Source: an uncultured Acidobacteriaceae bacterium (GTDB lineage: Bacteria > Acidobacteriota > Terriglobia > Terriglobales > Acidobacteriaceae). From it: DNA of 64,000 bases. The notes below the pieces were generated by a model. It ran no database searches, was not told the DNA's origin, and saw only the letters and a program-made list of their open reading frames with translations. Below are positions 59,027 through 64,000 of this stretch, piece after piece (the first letter of the stretch is position 1; each line of letters opens with the position of its first letter). The translations under genes were made by a program, and so were the position numbers. The stretch is from NCBI GenBank assembly GCA_963784085.1, contig CAWAQH010000006.1:77620-141619 (forward strand). The letters are read 5' to 3'.

Positions 59027-59138
59027 GGTAGTTGGTCGTTCGTCCTTAAGTGATGTTTTTTGGTCGTTGGTCGTCGGCCATCCGTCGTCGGTCTGTATGC
59101 CTTCGAGGTGCTCGGCACTGGCAACTCGGTACTAGGTA
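59027..59138. repeat. 16 in-phase heptamers filling the whole ndk / sucD spacer
   Basis: GGTAGTT GGTCGTT CGTCCTT AAGTGAT GTTTTTT GGTCGTT GGTCGTC GGCCATC CGTCGTC GGTCTGT ATGCCTT CGAGGTG CTCGGCA CTGGCAA CTCGGTA CTAGGTA, followed at once by the sucD stop codon. Confidence 0.75.
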
Positions 59139-60017
59139 CTAGACCTTCACTCCCAGCACCGCCACCAGGGTCTCTCCCATGTCCGCGGGAGATTTCGCTA
59201 CGCGGATCCCGGCCGCTTCCATGGCCTTGATCTTTTCTGCTGCCGTTCCCTTTCCTCCGGAAATGATCGCGCCGGCATGGCCCATGCGGCGTCCGGGGGG
59301 CGCGGTTTGCCCGGCAATAAAGCCGACCACAGGCTTCTTCATTTTTGCTTTCACAAACTCCGCTGCAGTCTCTTCGGCATCGCCGCCAATTTCGCCAATC
59401 ATAATGACGGCTTCGGTTTCAGGATCGCGATTGAATAGATCGAGCGCGTCGAGAAAGTTGGTTCCGATGATCGGATCGCCGCCAATGCCGATGGCGGTCG
59501 ATTGCCCAATGCCACGCTGCGTAAGCTGATGCACCGCCTCGTAAGTGAGCGTGCCCGAGCGCGAGACGATGCCGATCGAACCTTCTCTGTGAATCGACCC
59601 CGGCATAATGCCAACCTTGCACTTGCCCGGCGAGATGATGCCGGGGCAATTCGGGCCGATGAGCCGCGAGCGGCGGTTCTGGAGAAACTCCCAGGCCTTG
59701 ACCATGTCGAGCGTAGGGATGCCCTCGGTGATGCAGACAATGAGGTCGATTTCTGCGTCGGCTGCTTCCATGATGGCGTCGGCGGCGAACGGCGGCGGAA
59801 CAAAAATCATGGTCGCGTCCGCGCCAGTTTTCTCGGCCGCCTCCTGCACCGTGTTGAAGATCGGCCAGCCTTCGTGCGTGGTGCCGCCTTTGCCCGGCGT
59901 TACTCCACCCATCACCCGCGTTCCGTAAGCCGCGCAGGCCTTGGCGTGAAAGGTGCCTTCACGTCCAGTCAGGCCCTGCACGATCAATCGAGTTTTCTTG
60001 TTAACCAGGATTGCCAT
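59139..60017 (-). CDS. sucD: Succinate--CoA ligase subunit alpha
   Basis: 292 aa: ...[12 protein letters not shown]...MGHAGAI. Confidence 0.95.
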   Translation of the reverse strand: MAILVNKKTRLIVQGLTGREGTFHAKACAAYGTRVMGGVTPGKGGTTHEGWPIFNTVQEAAEKTGADATMIFVPPPFAADAIMEAADAEIDLIVCITEGIPTLDMVKAWEFLQNRRSRLIGPNCPGIISPGKCKVGIMPGSIHREGSIGIVSRSGTLTYEAVHQLTQRGIGQSTAIGIGGDPIIGTNFLDALDLFNRDPETEAVIMIGEIGGDAEETAAEFVKAKMKKPVVGFIAGQTAPPGRRMGHAGAIISGGKGTAAEKIKAMEAAGIRVAKSPADMGETLVAVLGVKV

Positions 60018-60051
60018 AAGTTAAGATGCCTCGCCGTCTTGCCGCGCTCGA

Positions 60052-61221
60052 CTATCGCGCCGCGGCCACAACTCTATCGGCGGCCTCTTTCATGGTGTCG
60101 CACACCACGAAGTTGAAGCCGGATTCCATCAGAATCTTCTTGCCTTCGTTTACGTTCGTGCCTTCCAGGCGCAACACCACGGGCAGTTGGATGTTGGTCT
60201 TCTTTGCGGCCTCAACCACGCCGGTTGCCAGCGTATCCACGCGAAGAATGCCGCCAAAAATGTTGATCAGCACAGCCTTTACACTCTTGTCACTGAGCAG
60301 AATTTCGAATGCGTGTGCCACCTGCTCGGCGTTGGCGCCGCCGCCCACGTCGAGAAAGTTAGCGGGCATACCGCCGGCGTACTTGATGATATCCATCGTG
60401 GCCATGGCCAGTCCGGCGCCGTTCACCATGCAGCCCACGCTGCCATCGAGCTTGATGTAGTTCAGGCTGTACTTCGAAGCCTCAACCTCAAGTGGATCTT
60501 CCTCCGTAATGTCGCGCAGTTCGCGAATGTCGGGATGGCGGAAAAGCGCGTTATCGTCGAAGGTCATCTTGGCGTCGAGCGCGAAGAGCCGGCCGTCAGT
60601 GGTGGTAATGAAAGGATTGATTTCGACCAGCGACGCGTCGGTATCGAGAAAGGCCTTGTAAAGATTCGAGAGAAACTGCACCGCGGGGGTGATCTGCTTC
60701 GCGTTCAGTCCCAGCTTGAACGCCATTTTGCGCGCCTGAAATGCTTCCACGCCCATGCCGGGATCCATGTGCTGCTTCAGAATGGCATCGGGATTTTCCG
60801 CGGCCACCTGCTCGATTTCCATCCCGCCGGCGGCCGAAGCCATGAACACCGGCTTGCCCTCGGCGCGATCCACTAATATGCCGAGGTACAACTCTTTCTC
60901 GATGGGCAGAGTTTCTTCAATCAGAAGGCGGCGCACGATGCGGCCTTCCGGGCCCGTCTGGTGCGTGATCAGCTTCATGCCCAGCATCTTGCCGGCAAGT
61001 TCGCCCGCCTCGTTGACCGACTTGGCGATCTTTACGCCTCCGCCTTTGCCGCGCCCGCCGGCGTGAATCTGCGCCTTTACTACCACCCCCGTCGCGCCCG
61101 CGCTGAACAGGTCTCTGGCCGCGGCTTCGGCTTCCTCCTGCGAACTCGCCATGGTTCCGCGTGGAACCGTCACACCATATTTCTTTAGGATCGCTTTTCC
61201 CTGGTACTCATGGATTTTCAT
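60052..61221 (-). CDS. sucC: Succinate--CoA ligase (ADP-forming) subunit beta
   Basis: 389 aa: [17 protein letters not shown]... Confidence 0.95.
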   Translation of the reverse strand: MKIHEYQGKAILKKYGVTVPRGTMASSQEEAEAAARDLFSAGATGVVVKAQIHAGGRGKGGGVKIAKSVNEAGELAGKMLGMKLITHQTGPEGRIVRRLLIEETLPIEKELYLGILVDRAEGKPVFMASAAGGMEIEQVAAENPDAILKQHMDPGMGVEAFQARKMAFKLGLNAKQITPAVQFLSNLYKAFLDTDASLVEINPFITTTDGRLFALDAKMTFDDNALFRHPDIRELRDITEEDPLEVEASKYSLNYIKLDGSVGCMVNGAGLAMATMDIIKYAGGMPANFLDVGGGANAEQVAHAFEILLSDKSVKAVLINIFGGILRVDTLATGVVEAAKKTNIQLPVVLRLEGTNVNEGKKILMESGFNFVVCDTMKEAADRVVAAAR

Positions 61222-61396
61222 AATGGCGCTCGTCAGTTAAGAATCGGAAGGCACTGCTTGCGGCTATCGACCGAGGGCAGCAAACTCTTGATTTTATAGA
61301 AGGGCGCATGATTAGAGCAAACGAGACCTCCGCGTCCTTTCGATTGGGAGTACATCTAAGTGTCAGCACGGAGACTAGGGCGATGTTGCGAGTGGA

Positions 61397-62065
61397 ATGA
61401 CGGCACGAGACATGAAAGTGATTTCACTAAACGTCGGGAAGCCGCGTCTGATGGTATATAAGGGAGCAACCATCAACACCGGCATCTTCAAAAAGCCGGT
61501 ATCAGGACGGATTAAGTTGCGTGCGCTAAACCTCGACGGCAACCAGCAGGCCGACCTCAGCGTTCACGGCGGACCCTACAAGGCGGTTTACGCTTATCCA
61601 TCCAAGCACTATGGATTCTGGCGGCAGGAACTGCCAAGGATGGATTTGCCGTGGGGAGCATTTGGCGAGAATCTTACGACGGAAGGTTTGAACGAGGATG
61701 ACCTTCACGTGGGCGACCGTTTTCGAATCGGCACCGCCACGATCATGGTACGCCAGCCGCGCATGCCTTGTTACAAACTGGCGGCCAAATTTCGACGCGA
61801 TGACATGATCGAGCGATTCTTGGTCAGCGGACGAAGCGGGTTTTATTTTTCTGTGGAAGAGGAAGGCGAAGTTGGCGTGGGAGATTCGTTGGAACCTATC
61901 GCACGGAATCACGAAGGCATCACCATCGCCGAAATGAATCGACTATTCCTTCGGGAGAAATACAATCGCGATCTGTTGCAGAAGGCGATCGCGACGGCTG
62001 GACTGCCGGAGGACTGGCGTGAATACTTTTTGCCCAGACTGAACCACACCGCCGCTAACACGTAG
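61397..62065 (+). CDS. MOSC domain-containing protein (YiiM-like)
   Basis: 222 aa: ...[20 protein letters not shown]...GENLTTEGL...RMPCYKLA. Confidence 0.8.
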   Translation: MTARDMKVISLNVGKPRLMVYKGATINTGIFKKPVSGRIKLRALNLDGNQQADLSVHGGPYKAVYAYPSKHYGFWRQELPRMDLPWGAFGENLTTEGLNEDDLHVGDRFRIGTATIMVRQPRMPCYKLAAKFRRDDMIERFLVSGRSGFYFSVEEEGEVGVGDSLEPIARNHEGITIAEMNRLFLREKYNRDLLQKAIATAGLPEDWREYFLPRLNHTAANT

Positions 62066-62118
62066 CCGCGTGTACTTTCTCATCAGGCAGGCCGTTATCC
62101 CTTACAATTCCGAGTGAG

Positions 62119-63213
62119 ATGATCCTTGACGCCCTCAATCGCATCGCCAATCTCGGCCAACCCCTCACGCGCGCGGAAGCACGCGAAGTGATGGTGGAGG
62201 TGCTCGCGGGAAACTGCACGGACGCGCAAATCGCGGCGCTCCTTATGGCTTTGCACATGAAGGGAGAAACAGTCGAAGAGATCGTCGGGTTCGCCGAAGC
62301 GATCCGGTCTGCGGCAACGCCCTTTCCGCATGCGCTGGTTGGGGGTGGTGCTGACTCGGGCGCGCTCGATTTGAGCGGCACTGGACGCGACGCGCTCCTC
62401 GAGTCAGCTTTGGTTGACACCAGCGGCACCGGCGGCGATGCAAGTGGAACTTTCAACATCTCAACGGCCACCGCATTCGTTACGGCGGGAGCCGGCGTGC
62501 GCGTGGCCAAGCACGGCAACCGCAGGATCAGCTCAAAATGCGGCTCGGCCGACGTGATGGAAGCTCTCGGCGTCAACATCCAGTTGACTCCGGAACAAGC
62601 GGCGAAGTGCCTGCGCGAAATTGGAATCTGTTTTCTTTACGCTCCCGACCTGCATTCTTCCATGAAGCAAGTGCAGAAGGTGCGGCGCGAACTGCGCCTG
62701 CGCACGATGTTTAACCTGCTCGGCCCGCTCACCAATCCCGCCCACGCCTCGGGACAAGTTGTCGGCGTGTACGCGCTCGACCTGGTGGAAAAGCTTGCCG
62801 AAGCGCTCAGCATGTTGGGGCTGCATCGGGCTTTAGTTGTGCATGGACTCGACGGTCTTGACGAGATCACCATCACCGGGCGGACGCGTGTGGCCGAAGC
62901 ACGCGACGGGTTGGTGCGGACTTATGAAGTGGATCCCGAGGAGTTCGGCATGAAGCGGGCCGCGCTCGAAGATATTTCTGGCGGGGACGCGTCGGAAAAT
63001 GCAGCCATCATTCGTGAAGTGCTAAGTGGAAAGAAATCCGCGCGCCGCGATGTGGTTGTGCTGAACTCCGCCGCGGCTCTCGTAGCGGCGGGCCGCGCCG
63101 ATCATCTCGCGGATGGAATTCCAATGGCCGCACACTCGATCGATTCGGGCGCGGCGGCCGCAAAGCTGGCTGCGCTGGCAAGTCTTACCAAACAAGTGGG
63201 CAGTGGCCAGTGA
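62119..63213 (+). CDS. trpD: Anthranilate phosphoribosyltransferase
   Basis: 364 aa: [34 protein letters not shown]. Confidence 0.93.
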   Translation: MILDALNRIANLGQPLTRAEAREVMVEVLAGNCTDAQIAALLMALHMKGETVEEIVGFAEAIRSAATPFPHALVGGGADSGALDLSGTGRDALLESALVDTSGTGGDASGTFNISTATAFVTAGAGVRVAKHGNRRISSKCGSADVMEALGVNIQLTPEQAAKCLREIGICFLYAPDLHSSMKQVQKVRRELRLRTMFNLLGPLTNPAHASGQVVGVYALDLVEKLAEALSMLGLHRALVVHGLDGLDEITITGRTRVAEARDGLVRTYEVDPEEFGMKRAALEDISGGDASENAAIIREVLSGKKSARRDVVVLNSAAALVAAGRADHLADGIPMAAHSIDSGAAAAKLAALASLTKQVGSGQ

Positions 63214-63351
63214 TCAGCGATCAATGATCAGCGACCGTAGGCGCGACTGCCCACTGACCACTGATCACTGCCTACTGACCACTGATCACTGCCTACTGAC
63301 CACTGATCACTGCCTACTGACCACTGATCACTGCCTACTGACCACTGATTC
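63194..63351. repeat. Heptamer arrays filling the trpD / peptidase convergent spacer: 6 units, then 15 opposed units arranged as a 21-bp super-repeat x5
   Basis: 63194-63235: AAGTGGG CAGTGGC CAGTGAT CAGCGAT CAATGAT CAGCGAC. 63247-63351: (CTGCCYA CTGACCA CTGATCA) x5, last unit CTGATTC. Confidence 0.9.
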
Positions 63352-63354
63352 CAA

Positions 63355-64000
63355 TCACTTCGCGGCCTCGCCCTCGATCTTGAGCACATTGTTCGCCATG
63401 TCGCCCTCGGGCACGCTGCCGTCGTTGATTACAATTTCCTCCGGCGCTTTCGGAACCTCGATGCGAACCACCGCGCTACTCTTGCCGCGCACGACGAGGC
63501 GCTTCGTGACTTCGCCGCCGGCAAACTTCACCGTGAGTGGAACTTCCGCGCCCGCCGCGCCCGCGTTCGCGACCGTGATGGTAAGCATGAATCCTTCCGG
63601 TAAAGTTGCGCGCGTGAATGCAGACTCGACCTTAAAATCGGGCAGGCCGCGGTCGCGGTAAACCCAGTCTTCGAAAAACCATTCCACATCGCGCTGCGTC
63701 TGCGCCTGAATCAGGCGCTGCAAGTAGGAGGGTTCCTTATCCAGGTCGGCGCGGTAGGAGGCGAGCGCTTTCTTCAGCGCAGCATCGCCAATCATGTCGC
63801 GCAGCATCCACCAGACGCACATGGCTTTGCTGCGGTAGAGTTCCTCGTCGGCGTTGTTGATCAAGGAACGGTTCACTTCATCTTCGGAGCGCGGCGGGGT
63901 AGCTTGCTTTGCCTTATCGCTTTCAACCGCGCTCAGTACGGACCGATGCGATCCCATGTAATCGAGCGCAGCCTGCCGTCCGGTCTGGTGTTCCAGGTAC
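63355..64000 (-). CDS. C-terminal part of an M1-family-like peptidase; N-terminus lies beyond the window end
   Basis: The frame stays open upstream of the track ATG (63957) to base 64000 (YLEHQTGRQAALDYMGS...). YRSKAMCVWWMLRDMIGDAALKKALASYR resembles the post-HExxH region of M1 peptidases. Confidence 0.55.
   Translation of the reverse strand, partial: YLEHQTGRQAALDYMGSHRSVLSAVESDKAKQATPPRSEDEVNRSLINNADEELYRSKAMCVWWMLRDMIGDAALKKALASYRADLDKEPSYLQRLIQAQTQRDVEWFFEDWVYRDRGLPDFKVESAFTRATLPEGFMLTITVANAGAAGAEVPLTVKFAGGEVTKRLVVRGKSSAVVRIEVPKAPEEIVINDGSVPEGDMANNVLKIEGEAAK

Noticed and set aside
63247-63351. Possible CRISPR array
   Set aside because: The 21-bp units are directly tandem with no spacers, and there are no cas genes in the window.
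63113-63661. 182-aa plus-strand ORF with LLTTDHC heptapeptide repeats
   Set aside because: The repeat is the translation of the 21-bp super-period of the intergenic heptamer array. The ORF then runs antisense through the peptidase gene.

Overview
High-GC chromosomal segment (GC judged by eye, not computed). Gene content looks like an Acidobacteriota-type soil bacterium; this is inferred from two >1000-aa TonB-dependent receptors with CarboxypepD_reg-type N-termini, a bactofilin and a BlaI/BlaR1-like pair. I can support about 60 protein genes and 3 tRNAs (Pro-TGG, His-GTG, Arg-TCT). I saw no rRNA, CRISPR array, transposase or integrase. Recognisable blocks are: a partial Tad-pilus CpaE gene; an F420 biosynthesis cluster (cofG-cofD-cofC-cofE-cofH-npdG); a PQQ cluster (pqqB-pqqC-pqqD, then pqqE) split by an opposite-strand RelE/HTH toxin-antitoxin pair; glycogen catabolism (glgP-pgm-marC-glgX) next to tRNA-Arg; a lower-GC co-directional redox cassette (cytochrome P460, Zn-ADH, DUF4331, SDR, DoxX); and housekeeping genes (sucCD, ndk, purA, trpD, hom, msrB). 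Four signals stand out. (1) Phased heptanucleotide repeats fill at least six intergenic spacers, often as opposed blocks able to form long hairpins. (2) Two blocks (about 1.8-6.8 kb and 30.6-36.6 kb) have many genes broken by frameshifts while immediate neighbours are intact; this could be assembly error or real decay of the F420 and PQQ pathways. (3) The TA module sits inside the pqq operon and has a perfect palindromic operator. (4) A UDP-glucose-dehydrogenase-like gene has its catalytic residues replaced. I did not find a convincing new multi-gene defence-type system. Start codons and frameshift positions are approximate because they were read by hand.
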